NCBI GenBank assembly: GCA_010909165.1
Contig: MU008164.1
Coordinates: 1,488,001-1,552,000 of the forward strand
Source of the DNA: Anthoceros angustus
Taxonomy: Eukaryota > Plantae > Anthocerotophyta
Direction of reading: 5' to 3'
DNA length: 64,000 bases
Both the position numbers and the translations under genes were made by a program. This document shows, one piece after another, positions 1-11,983 of this stretch (within the stretch, counting starts at the first letter, position 1; each line of letters begins with the position of its first letter). The notes below the pieces were generated by a model. The model did no database searches. It was not told the DNA's origin and saw nothing but the letters and a program-made list of their open reading frames with translations.

Positions 1-570
1 GTAGTCCTGTCGTATGTGGAATTGAAAGTGGATTACGGCTCCAAGACCTATGCACTACGCGTTGGTTGTCACAGTGGGGCGCAATTTGAATACGAATCCG
101 GATCCAGCACCTGGGCACCATTGAATGCTCTGACTCGTGGACTTCGGATGTCTCAGACTGTGGGTGTGCCCCAGCATCACCCACACACCATGCACATTTT
201 TCGGTCATCAGTGAAGGCCCCGTGGACTGCTTACTTGGTGAATGTGTACTACTCACATTACAACAATAGGGTCGATATATGGAAGGTTTGTCCGTCGGGA
301 CCTCGCGTGGACGGCCCGGATATATTTGAAATGTCCAACGAGGTTTCGCACCGCCATCACCACGTCAGATGTCTAGACGACTACGTGTGCATATATATCC
401 TTTTTGATGTACACCAGAAATTTTCACGATTGAAGCCTGAAAAGATGGGATTGATTACGTACCAACTCACCACACATACGTGGAGTTCCTGGGTTGTGGA
501 TGCCTATCTCGATAACCCAGCAGTGTGTGTTTTCACACTTAATCCAATGGCCAATCAAATTACCTTGTGA
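1..570 (+). CDS. F-box protein, C-terminal part (5' end outside the window); paralogue of 2810-3811
   Basis: Translation shares VDYGSKTYALRV...QFEY.SGS..W, DDYVCI and MGLITY.L...TWSSWV.D.YL...C.F.LNPMA.QI.L with the F-box ORF downstream. Confidence 0.85.
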   Translation, partial: VVLSYVELKVDYGSKTYALRVGCHSGAQFEYESGSSTWAPLNALTRGLRMSQTVGVPQHHPHTMHIFRSSVKAPWTAYLVNVYYSHYNNRVDIWKVCPSGPRVDGPDIFEMSNEVSHRHHHVRCLDDYVCIYILFDVHQKFSRLKPEKMGLITYQLTTHTWSSWVVDAYLDNPAVCVFTLNPMANQITL

Positions 571-2809
571 GAGTTCTATGTCTCATGTAGTACATTGTTG
601 GGGCCAGAAACGACAACCACGTCTCATGGGTTCATCATCTTCTCTAGGTCTCCACTGGAGGCTTCACCTTCTTGCTAACATGCCCTTACCCCAGATTGAT
701 GGAATCGAATTTAGACAAGTATTTTGTTTCATATTTTACCTCAAGTGTTTAAACTTATTTTTTATCATCAATTTTAATATATTTTTATAGTTTTTAATAA
801 TAATAATAATAATAAAAGAATATTCCATTGCCTAGAACACATACAATGTAGAAAAAGAATTTTATTTAAGTCCACTAAGGCCGGGACTTCCGTCGTGGGA
901 CTGAGATATAACAACTACATAGATTGCGGTAAAATGGTCTGGACGAATGGAACGGTAAAATTCGAACAAGACAAATAATCTTCAATCAAATCAACAGTAT
1001 CAATGAAAATCCGTGAACGAGGGCTAAACACCACCAATTCATCCCCACGAAAGAAAGCCACATGACCTGCAACATGAACAGCTCTGATAGCAAGTAACTT
1101 CTCCTTCTCAGTCTTCCATTGCAATGTAGTCCCCTCCCTGAGATTTTTCTCAACCCGGGTGGCTGCAAATATACGATATTTAGTAATACTAAATTTAGTA
1201 ATGTTAAAAAAATAGGATATAGAAAATAGTAAAGCCAATGAGCTGGTAATTATCATGTACCATTCATAGCAGACACATTAGGAGGAATCATTGTTGGGCA
1301 TGGTCCATAGAATTTTGTAGACAAGATTGGCTCGGGAGCTTTTTTTGTCATAAAGGTACACTGAGGTTTTTGTCATAAAGGTACACTGAAGTTTTTGTTA
1401 TAAAGGTACACTGAGGTCATACTTTGGACTGAGCAAGTTACATCAATTAAAAGTGTTGTGAGCTGTGCAGGCTGCACACAAACTATGATACTAAATTTAG
1501 TTTTATGAAAAAAAAGAATATAAGAAATGCTAGAGCTGATAATTATCATGTACCATTCGTAGTTGTTATGGACACGTTTAGAGGAACCATGGTTGGCCAT
1601 CGTCCATGGCATTTTGTAGACTGGCTCTTAGCTTGGGAGCTGCGTTACCTAGAACCAAGTTTTGTTTGCAAGTAAAGGTCAAGTTATATCAATTAATATT
1701 GTTGTGAGATGTGAGACATAATTACTGAATAAGTTACAACAATCAAAAGTGTTGTGAGCTGTGAGAACAGCGGCAAGATTCCCTCAAAACATAGGAAGCG
1801 AAGAGGGCTAGAGTATTATATTATTTAATAATATAAAATTCAAAATATTAGAAACCATGTAAAATAATAAAATACATGAAGGTGGTAATCATAATATATT
1901 TAGATATTTTTAAATCAGGTGCGAATTTCTCTGGAACGGACTGCAAATCTGCTGGCCGACAACCACCTTCACAATCCCCAGAAATCCAGACGTGGAAGTT
2001 TTCCTCTATACACGGTAGCCTTCTCGGATGCCTCCTCAAATAATAATGCTAGGCGCCGGCTGGGAGTCGAGCAATTTCCAAAAGCTGGATTGCATGGGTG
2101 AGCAGCGGGCTGTCCCCCATTGCTGGACGATGCACAATTAAGTCACACCCTCACAGCCCTGCAGACGGCACACAGGCTGTGACATTCCTAAAGTCTAACT
2201 GGCATAATGTCCTCAAAGCACCATGCTCATGCTGTCACTGGTTCTGCACAAGAAATGTACAACCACATCCAGAAATCTACACTCTACACGCATCATGGGA
2301 CGGAATTGCAAGTATAGTGACGCTGTGTAGACCTGAGTCTGACAGGAAGGGTAGGCCAGCTTCATGCTCAGAGACAATAGAACGACGACATAACGGTATG
2401 CTCTTGTATCTAACATGTGCTTAAAATGGTGGCAGCCTGGAAAAGAAGAGCTCCAAAGAGTGTCTCACGGACTTGCCCAAAGAGGTGCTTCACTCATTTG
2501 CCCACATACAGAAGGCGGCATAAATTGCTGGAACATACATATGTGTGGCTGATACGGCTTTCCGTAATAGCAGGTTTGGATGTGTTGAGGTTGGCAAGGC
2601 CATGGCCTGGGTTTGCCCTTCAATACAGTTCCTCCTCTTCATTCCACATGTACAGGGCGATGCGTGGCATGACTTGATATTTTGCAACGCTTGTCAGGCG
2701 ACATTATTTTTTCCCGAGGCCATATGTACTGCAGGCGCCGGCGCCGGACAAGATGCAGATGTGTTTGGTTCAAAATGAGTCGGGCGTGCCCTCAGCTAAT
2801 GACTCCAGC

Positions 2810-3811
2810 ATGGACGATAAAATTTGGAGAAATCTACCGACGGAAATCTTAGAGTCACTGTTGCAGTGGCTGCCTCTGGCCCAACTGCAAAGATGCCGTA
2901 CCGTCTGCAAGGACTGGAACCGCCTCCTGGGGTCTGCCATGTTTCTGGAGCAGTGGACGAGGAATTCTGTGGTTCCCGTGGGCATTAACGTGTTTGTGGG
3001 TGAGGGAAGAGAACAGACTTTGCTGCCTCCGGGGGTGAGGTTGCTTGAGTTTGCATTCCCTTTCTCCTCTTTCGCCCCTTATCCGCGTGCAGCATCTGGA
3101 GGTTTGATCTGCTTTTCTGCGGGATCGGTCGGGCAGGGGGCTACCGTTTGCGAGCCACTTGTAATTTGCAACCCTCTCACCGGAAAGTGGAACACGTTGC
3201 CGAGCTTACCCAACAATTGGAATAGACTGCAAGACCGTGCTGGGAACCGGGTGTCAGGGATGGTGACAGTCCAATTGGACGTGGATTACGGTTCCAAGAC
3301 CTATGCACTACGAGTTTGTTGGGATTTTAGTGTTCAGTTTGAATATCAATCCGGATCCCGCGCCTGGGCAAAGAATCATCCGATTGGTCCTTGTCTGATT
3401 CCAAATTTCTTCGTGGGCGGTAACAGGAACTACCATGTCCGGGTATCAGTGGCAACCCCGGAGACTCTTTACACGGTGGAAATGTGCTGTACACGTTACA
3501 GCCGCGGTGTCGGGATACGGAAGGATCATCCGGGGGCACCTCTTTGTATGATGCCCCAGTCTGACTACGCAAAGATATTTGAAAACTGCTGCGAGTACAC
3601 GCTAAGCAATTTGATCAGAGTTGTAGATGATTACGTTTGCATATTTGTCTCTCTTTCTGCACGTAGAGGAGTTTCAGATTTCAGGATGGGATTGATCACG
3701 TACCACCTCAGCAGAAAGACGTGGAGTTCCTGGGTCGCGGATGGCTACCTCATTAACCTCGAGAAGTGTATATTCTCACTTAACCCGATGGCGAGCCAAA
3801 TTGCTTTGTGA
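2810..3811 (+). CDS. F-box protein with F-box-associated beta-rich C-terminus
   Basis: MDDKIWRNLPTEILESLLQWLPLAQLQRCRTVCKDWNRLL is an F-box motif, followed by AASGGLICF and LVICNPLTGKWNTLPSLP. The frame is open from 2753, and a possible acceptor (CTGCAG, ~2733) suggests an upstream exon. Confidence 0.9.
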   Translation: MDDKIWRNLPTEILESLLQWLPLAQLQRCRTVCKDWNRLLGSAMFLEQWTRNSVVPVGINVFVGEGREQTLLPPGVRLLEFAFPFSSFAPYPRAASGGLICFSAGSVGQGATVCEPLVICNPLTGKWNTLPSLPNNWNRLQDRAGNRVSGMVTVQLDVDYGSKTYALRVCWDFSVQFEYQSGSRAWAKNHPIGPCLIPNFFVGGNRNYHVRVSVATPETLYTVEMCCTRYSRGVGIRKDHPGAPLCMMPQSDYAKIFENCCEYTLSNLIRVVDDYVCIFVSLSARRGVSDFRMGLITYHLSRKTWSSWVADGYLINLEKCIFSLNPMASQIAL

Positions 3812-3889
3812 GAGATGGCTACCTCAGTAACCTCGAGAAGTGTATATTCTCACTTAACCAGATGGCGAGCCAAATTACTTTGTGAGAGT
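3740..3889 (+). repeat. 74-bp tandem duplication of the F-box gene 3' end
   Basis: gatggctacctca.taacctcgagaagtgtatattctcacttaacc.gatggcgagccaaatt.ctttgtgaga occurs at 3740 and again at 3814. Confidence 0.9.
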
Positions 3890-3899
3890 TCGATGTATT

Positions 3900-4095
3900 T
3901 GTTAGAAATCTATAGGATTGGTGCAATACATCACATATTAGAGTTATGAGAATAAGTGCTAGAAGTATATAGGATAATCCCAGGAGCGAGATAGGGTTTC
4001 ATACTATCGAGAGTATGACAAGGCCAAAGGTTATATATGTATGTATACTACACCATTTTTAACGAACTGAACTTAGGACTTACTGTTTTCTAACA
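3900..4095 (+). repeat. 5' LTR of Ty1/copia retrotransposon (196 bp)
   Basis: Starts TGTTAGAAA and ends TTTCTAACA (9-bp terminal inverted repeat); immediately followed by the PBS. Confidence 0.9.
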
Positions 4096-4107
4096 TGGTA
4101 TCAGAGC
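4096..4107 (+). promoter_or_regulatory. Primer-binding site complementary to tRNA-iMet
   Basis: TGGTATCAGAGC directly after the LTR. Confidence 0.92.
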
Positions 4108-5690
4108 ATGGTTCAGGAGATGCATAAAGTACTTTGCACCACTCTGTGTGGGACTGTTGCCACTTGTCTTCTATTGCATTGTTTGTAGTTATGCAGATTA
4201 AGTGTCTGTGAAAGCTCGTTTGCAATTTCGTGAAGCTTAGTAGAAGTTTGTGCGAAGAACTTTTATCTTGTCTTTGCATAGCTTCCAGAGGCGTGCATAT
4301 GGAGACTATGCGCCAAGTGGAGAAGTTTGATGGCAAGAACTTCACACAATGGAAGTGGAAGCTAAAATCTCTTCTCATTGACAAAGGATTGTGGAAGTTT
4401 GTGGAAAATGGACTTCAAGAGGGGGCTTCTGAAAAGGATGATGCGAAAGCCTTGAGTAATATTATCCTGAATGTGTCAGATGACGTTCTCTCACAATTGA
4501 GCGAGTGTGTCTCTTTGCAGGATGCACAGAAAATTCTTTGCACAACATACGAGAAGAAGAGCATTGTGAGCGAAATGCTGCTGGAAAGTCAATTCTCCAA
4601 CTTCAAGATGTCTGAGGGCGACACCGTTCAACAACATGTCAAAAGTTGAAAAGCTTGGCTAATCAAATGAGGGAGGCAGAGATCAAACGTTCAGAGGGTA
4701 AGGTGATCACTGTGCTGCTGAGTAGTTTACCACCATCGTGTAGGTAATTTTTATTGTCCTATAGGGCATCTGTAGCGATGCGTCCAAGTGATAATTAACC
4801 AACCTTTGAAGAGGTGGTGGAGCTTGATGGTTTTTTCTAGACACAAGGCAACGAAGGCTCGACACTCTTCTCCACGAAGGGCACATCACGGTGGAAGACC
4901 TTGCAAGCCAAGTCTCTAGAAGGGACAAAGGATACAGACGCAAAGAGAAAGGTGAAAGGCTTTTGTTATTATTGCAGGAAGCCCAATCACCACACAAAGG
5001 ACTGTAAAATAAGATTGGCAGACTTGAAGAAGGAGAAATCATCCCAAGCTAATCAAGCCAACGAGAAGGACCAAGAGCACATCTTCGCGTGCTTCACCGA
5101 AAGAGATCAAGCGACTTCATCAAAGGAGGATGAGAGTTTGTACCTTGACTTCGGTGCATCCCAAACAGCATAATTTTTGAAGCGGCTCAATATACAAAGC
5201 CGCTTCCACCCGAAAAGAAGCCGCTTCAGGAAAATCTCAAGAACAAAACCGCCGATACGTGTGTGTCGAGGCGTGTAGGCGAGCCTTGGTTGAATGATTG
5301 ATTACGTGTTTTTAAACGCAGGGTAATGGTGGATAGGTCCGCATGCCCGCACGCTGGGCAAACGGTATTTTAACTACGACGTGATATGGAGAACCCCAAA
5401 AGCTTTTCATGTATTATGCGAAGGAAAGAAGGCGGCATGCGGACTACCCTCATATTTTAATGTTCCAAACATGTCTATGTCATAAGAGAGCGTGATTGGG
5501 AACCTAAGTACAATGGTCTTCCATGCCTGTTGAGTTTCCGGAGGAAATTGTCCGACACGCTATCCATCACAACTTCAAGTCCTTTCAATGAGCGTCTGTC
5601 TCAAAGTTGTCAATTTCCATGGCATTGTCTTGGAGGCATGGTCATCTCCAGCCGTTTGAGTCGTGTTGCCATCCTTCCGCCGCCCATCGT

Positions 5691-7720
5691 CTAGGAAGTC
5701 ACGGACTTCTCCTTCATTCTGGCGGCCAAACGCACAACCTGCGACTGTGACCCATCCTTCTCAGACAAACTAACCTCTTTTGCCCAGAACTGGGTCGGTC
5801 CTCGACGATGTGGCTCATGATTCAACTCCTCTTCGCTCTGGGAGAACTTCATACCCATGGATTCTCTGGGGAATGAACTCTGCGCACCTCTTGTCCACCT
5901 CGATTGCAATGCAGTTGCGCCCGCAGAGCAAAGCGCCAATGTTGTTGACCCGCCACAAAGACAAACATCCAAAATCCAGTCCCCTCCTTCGAGAAACTTT
6001 GATGAGCTTCATCATCAAAGCCAAAGGCCTTTGGTAAGCAGCACCACCTTGTCCAATGATGTGACAACAACTTCTTCACCATCGTAGGGTGGCCAATGAC
6101 CCCATTATTGAAAGACCCATGGATGTTAGTAGGGATCATGCATTTTTGACCTTTGACTGCCTGATGTTAACCCCATCCTATCGTGTGATGTACTCCATAG
6201 TGTCATACCCACCCAAGTCGTTGTGCATTCGCTTTGTCCCAAACAAAGACACCAACCCTCCTCCCCGCACCACTTTCGCATGGCCTCCCTCACAACATGC
6301 TCTTCAACACCATGCATCACTATCATTCTCATCTCCGGCATTTGGTCATGTCATGGAACAGTGAAATATTTTTCCCAATTGAAAGTGGTCTAACTTCACA
6401 TCATGTTTACCTCTGTTGAATCCTCTTGGTACGTCCATGACCATCGTGGTGTATGGACCCTTAGAAACCCCTCATATCCGCCGATCTCTAGAAATGACTC
6501 GGTACTTGACAATGTCCTCTGCTTTTGGCACGTGAACGATTGAAGCCCTTCCTCCATGTCCATATCTGCTAGCGCTTTTGCTCATTTTCAAGTCCCTTCC
6601 ATGTATGGACCTCGAGAATAAAGGCTTGAAAATCATCGTAATTTCTTAAGGTCCTCAACATCTTTCACTCGCATGGAATGGCAAACATCATGGGTTAGCG
6701 TGAGAGACGGAAGGTAGGGAAGAGGCGCCTCACAATCACTTTCATGAATGGAAGGAAATATGGTTACCTTGCCCTCAAATGCGTTTGAAATCTTGCAATA
6801 ACGTCCGAGGAGTGTTGAGGGTATTCTTGTCTCACCATTTCGAATGAGTCACAACCGGATGTTTTGCCATTGCCACTTGAATGACGGAAATTTCTTCCGA
6901 GTGTAACTTCCTTGACATTCTGCTTCGTCCAAGAGGCTACCAAGATTTCTCCACTTATCAACATCCTGTCCCGAATCTAAGGGATTCCTTGAAAGCTTCG
7001 CCACCCGCCCTCGCATCTCTTTGGGCTTCACAAAACTCCATCAACTTGTTTTGTCTCGCCGTTGCCTTCCGCTTACCTTTGCTCTTTTGCTTGTTCTGCC
7101 GCGACATGCTCCTCGCCCGCGTAGCTCACCCGCTTCCCACTTGAGAAAATTTTGTCCACATTCTCCTGGACCTTACCCTCTAGTTTTGCAATGCACATAT
7201 GGGTTTGTCCACCTTGTTCGCTTTGTACTGCTCATCTTCCGGCCTTCATCGTCTTCAATCAAACCAAGCACCTTGTAGAGATTGAATTTCCAGTTCATGG
7301 ACATGATGACATGATCCCGCTTATCTCGCAACTCATCCCGAGATACCGAACCGCTCAATAAAATTCATCTTCCGCTTGTCCGCCATCCGTGGTTGTGATC
7401 GAGTAATCCTCATCTCGAGCTTAGGCCACACACATGGGCTTGATCCACTGAAATCGCCTTCCGTGAGCAAGGTGCCTCATGGCTGAGGTGGTATGGTTTC
7501 CACCTAATCGCCCATGACATACTTCTTCGCCTAAACCTATTCCAATCAAGTTTCAATGTCCTCGCACTGCAGGATCAATCATACATAGAAGAGGAAGCAC
7601 TCCTTCTTCAATCCTCCCTTAGCAATGACGCGAGCAAGATAATTGGCCCATGCCTCATCAACTTTCCGGATCCGGGCATCGGGGTCGAATGAAGTCAAGC
7701 AAATTTTCCGCTTTTACCAA
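5691..7720 (-). pseudogene. ParB-like domain plus beta-class N6-adenine/N4-cytosine DNA methyltransferase (frameshifted as assembled)
   Basis: Read across frameshifts on the minus strand. ParB-like segment (7680-7390): DARIRKVDEAWANYLARVIA..GVLPLLCMIDP..WAI.GGNHTTSAMRHL..VCGLS. Motif IV position (~6460-6400): GPYTTMVMDVPRGFNRGKHD. Motif X-I-II (~6036-5880): YQRPLALMMKLIK..SKEGDWILDV..CGGSTT..ALLCGRNCIAIEVDKRC. Confidence 0.75.
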
Positions 7721-10619
7721 AACAAACAACCTTTTGGAGTATGCATCATTGTCGATAGTCTTCCTCCATGTGCGACGCCGCCAAGCGCCACCGGCACATG
7801 AAGAGTTTGAATCTCATTGCTGATGGTCCGGTGTGCGCTTGCTCCTTCCGACGGCCCCTCGACTACCCGAGATTGTGTTCTACTCCCGCTATCCCTTTGG
7901 CCTGCCCGCCTTTTGTGAAGTGGTGAGGAGTCGCCGAGTATGGACCCCTCCTGAAGGGCGGGCGCGCTCCCTTCACTTCACCATCGTCGGGCGCGCCGCG
8001 CCTTCCCCTCGAGCGGGCGCCCTCCTCACCGGCTGGGGGCGCCCACGCCACCCTTCCCGATGCAGGGGCGCAGCTCGCCCCTTCCCATGTCCACAGGGGC
8101 GCATGCCCCCTTCTTCCCATGTTACCGGCGCATGCGCCTCTTCCCATGTGCCAAGCGGGCGCCGCATGCCGGCGCCCACCCCGCCTGTCTGCGCCCACTC
8201 TTCCTCGAACGGGGCTTCCACACCACCCAACGTGCTAGGGTGTCTCCGACCTTGGGATACCGAAGTAAGGGCGCCGGCATGCCGGCGTCCTCCATCTCTC
8301 TCTCTACTGGGATATATGGGATAAAAATCATATCCATTGACGCCCCGGGGAGGTCCATCCTGACCTCCCCACCTCGACCTTCTCCATCATGCCCCGAAGC
8401 CTCATCATCCGAATGTCCCAAAACATCCGGATCGCCCATCTTCTTCATCCGATGGCCCAAACTCATTCTCCTCTTCACATCAACAAATGCCATTTCTCCT
8501 TGTGCAAACACACCAAGACCTTGGCGTTATCCGATATGAAACCTCCCGCTGTGTGTTTTGATGGAGGAGGTAATGGCTTCGCATAGTTTTACAGACATCG
8601 CGCTTACAACAGACAAACCAGATCGCAAGAGAACGAGCTGGTAAGGCGGCGTTCCCCATTTGAAACAACAAGCGATGCTAAAAAGGTTGTGGCAGACTCA
8701 CACTCTCACCGCACCGCCGGCCTCGAGGCTGGCAGCGGCTATTGCGCATTGAAGTTGGCGACTCACCGTAAACACACTATAATCTTACATGTTATCGGAA
8801 GAGTGTTGAATTCATATGGCCTTCCATTGCATAGGATCTCGAATGTGGCTCTGTTCCTCCATATCAATTGTTGCCCACACCACCCACCCCGCCTGCGGCC
8901 CTCGATTCGCAAGGCTCTGTGTCCATACATCCACAACGCATTGGAGTCCAGTTACGTGATCAGCTCCCAGATTCCGTTAAAAACCACGTCCAAAGATTAG
9001 TTTTCACTGCTTACCGTGACGCCGGATCTCATGATTCCTCGTATGTAAGGAGAAGGGAATGGTTCCGGAGCTTTTGCCCTAGGTGGTTTGGCCAGCTTTT
9101 GTCCCGCCTCCACCAACAGTCACCGCTTGCCTCGCAGACGATCCAGACTTTCCGAGACCGGGCTCCTCCCAACCATGGTCGATTGCACTTTTGCCTCCGC
9201 CGATCCTCCAGTTGATGACACACGCTCCACCTTCTCACGCAAAGTGTCGCTCTTCCGCTTTTGTCTGCGATGCTTGCGCTGCTTTTCCATCGGGCCAACA
9301 AAGGCCCATCTTGCAGTCCTTCTTGCTCCACTATGCCATGGCGATGATGTCTTCTCACGAAACGGAAAAGACATGGAGAAATCACACGCAATCACATACG
9401 TAAACCGCAATCCCAGAAGAGATGACAACAACCGCTGCCGACGTCCTGGCGTCTGCTCCGATGCCTCGCGGCTCAAACGCCTCCTCCAATGGTGATCTCG
9501 CTCAAGGCTTTTGCTCGAGCTCGAGGTGTCGCCCAACCAATCCTTCAAAACGGAACAGGCGCGCATGCAGAGGTATGTTTTACGCTCACCGCACCGAGGG
9601 AAGGAGGAGCAGCTTGCCCGACGCTGGCACCCTAATTAGGTCCCGCATCATGGCATATCTAGTGGAAATGCCAAATGCTCTGGTAACATTCTATATTTAA
9701 AAATAGCGGCTCCGCAAACCCTAGGTGTAATGAGATTATGATCGCTTATGAGCACAAAGGATGGTGAACGCCAATGAATATGTAGTTAAGGCACCGCCGC
9801 CATTCTGCATGGTGGCGCGCGCGCCAAACGAGTGGCGTGGACAAAGTCGACATGCCCTTATAGTGATTTTGCTATCTTCAGCCATTCTATAGAACTAGTT
9901 GTGTGCTCTTCCCGTGCTTTCAAGGACCGCCGAGAATGATGCTCACGCAACAAAGACCGATGAAGCGGAGGTGTTTGCACTGCTTTGTGGACAGCGCCCC
10001 GGACTATCCTTACTTCCTTAAGTCTTCCTCACCAATTCCATTTCGATGCGGATCCGCGAAGATGCCGATTCGCGAGCCTAAGCCTCAATTCCTTAGGTCG
10101 ATGGACATGAGAAGCAGAAGCCGATGCAAGACGCGCCGATGAATGAATGAATGCAATGTCAACGCCTCGCCATCGCCGCCATTGCCTTTGAGTGAGTGTT
10201 ATTTGACCGCGACTTTGTCTTGTAGTCTTGTGCTGTTTATTTTATGGTGGGATCGGGTAGGACATTACTTTCTTAATCATAAGGCTTGCCGGCCGATCAT
10301 CCGCTTCCCTCCCCGCAGTCCGGTGGAGAAGAACGATCAAGACAACGGGATGCCCCGCTATGTGCCAACTCGAGAAACGTGAACCTCTATCGCGCATTGG
10401 AGAAAAGTCCGCTGGTCGACCAAAAGGCCGCAAGAGGCCGGAAAGCGTAACTCGCTGCACGGGCTTGTTCACCGATCGTGGTCGATGAAGGGGTGCTTCC
10501 CGGCAATAGTCGGCCTCCGCACGCACGGGAATGCCGGAAGATGTGCGTTCGAGTGAAGCAGAGGTGATGATTTAGGAATTTCTCATCTTCTCATCACGGA
10601 AATAGCGGGTACAATGGAT

Positions 10620-11324
10620 ATCAATGAAGGAGAAGGATTTGGAACATGTACAAGACCATCGCTTCACCCAAAGCCCGGAGACAATGCGGTGCCCTACAGG
10701 CAAGTATGTTGCAAAAGCGAGAGCGGTGTGTCGAGGAAGAAAGGTATCATCTGGAAGATTCCGGAAACCATCTGCCGCAGGCTATGCCTCCCTATGCCCA
10801 AAGAATCGTTTCAAGAAGAGCGTCTGATTCTTGGATGGAAGAAGAGGAGAGGTTCTTGGAGGCACTTGTTCGCCCGCACAAAGCTAGTGCAAAGGGAAGG
10901 TGCGACATTTCTCATGCACCGCACCACTAAGATGTTGTTTGAAAGCCTTGACGCATGTATTGCATTAGATGCGGTATGAAGAATTGAAGACCGAGTCCCA
11001 GTAATGCTCCTTGGGAGAACAAGCCAAACCCATGTCAAAATCCACGCGCTCTTGGTGCGATTGAGTGGATGGACGCGACTTTCTTGCATCTCACCGAGAG
11101 GTTGCGAATGTTGAAGTCTATAACTTGCCTCGATACTTTTACCAAGCATGAAGTTTGGTCACAATACTGTGGGATGGACAAAACAGCTTGCGGTACATAT
11201 CATATGCGCATTATTATGGGAATGAATTTTTCCAGCGCATGAAAATTCCCAAGTCAAACAGTTCTCGACATGTTCCTTATACTGGATCAAGTATAACATT
11301 CGACACAAAGCAACATCGAGCAAG
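10620..11324 (+). pseudogene. Transposase N-terminal exon (frameshifted)
   Basis: Reconstructed AIEWMD..FLHLTERL..VEVYNLPRYFTKHEVWSQY and MKIPKSN.FSTCS (CxxC-like, ~11240-11285), typical of the region preceding the DGMDQ core. Possible GT donor at 11325. Confidence 0.6.
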
Positions 11325-11983
11325 GTACGGTCCATGTTCATGTCTCCCAATCAATCTTTCACGCCAATGTAGGATGTGTCAGTGTGATCCGCTGGTGGCA
11401 AGAAGGAAGCCATGTACATAATATAGTAATGTGTATGGCAGACGCGCACGCCGGCTCGCCGCTTATCGGATACAGCGCGGGTGATGCCGCATCAGACCGC
11501 ATACGCGACGAAATGCGACACCGACGGGCTCATGGGCGATTCCGCGCGAGCGCCGCGGGCGCATGGCCGCAGCATGGCGCTTCCATGGGGAGGCATGGCG
11601 CATGCGAACCCTTCCATCGGCGATACGGCAGATGCGCAACCCCTTCCATCAGAGCGCATGGCGCGATGCCGGCCTCCTTCCATCGTGGCGCATGGCGCCG
11701 GCATGCCGGCCTTCCATCAGAGTATGGCGCAGATGCCGCCCTTCCATCGTGGGGGCCGATGCCGGCCACCCATGAGGTTGTATGCCTTGCCTACCAAAGG
11801 GTGACGACGAATGCCCTGCGAATATTCTGCTTCGGGGCCCGCCTCCATGTTTCTCGGTAGATTCCTCGCATCGCCGACAAGTGGTTTATGCAGTGAGTGG
11901 CCTCCATATTTCCGGCGATTGTGTGAAATGGGCTGCACGCTGCGTGGAACGGGCTGCCGTGAATCGGGCCGCCAGCTGTCGAA

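Noticed and set aside
5159-5163. 5-bp TSD (TCCCA) reading for the large element
   Set aside because: It would make the TIRs asymmetric by one base; 4-bp CCCA gives symmetrical ends. Not fully excluded without other copies.
5691-7720. Bacterial contamination as the source of the methylase
   Set aside because: It lies within TIRs with a TSD, inside a plant copia element continuous with intron-containing plant genes.
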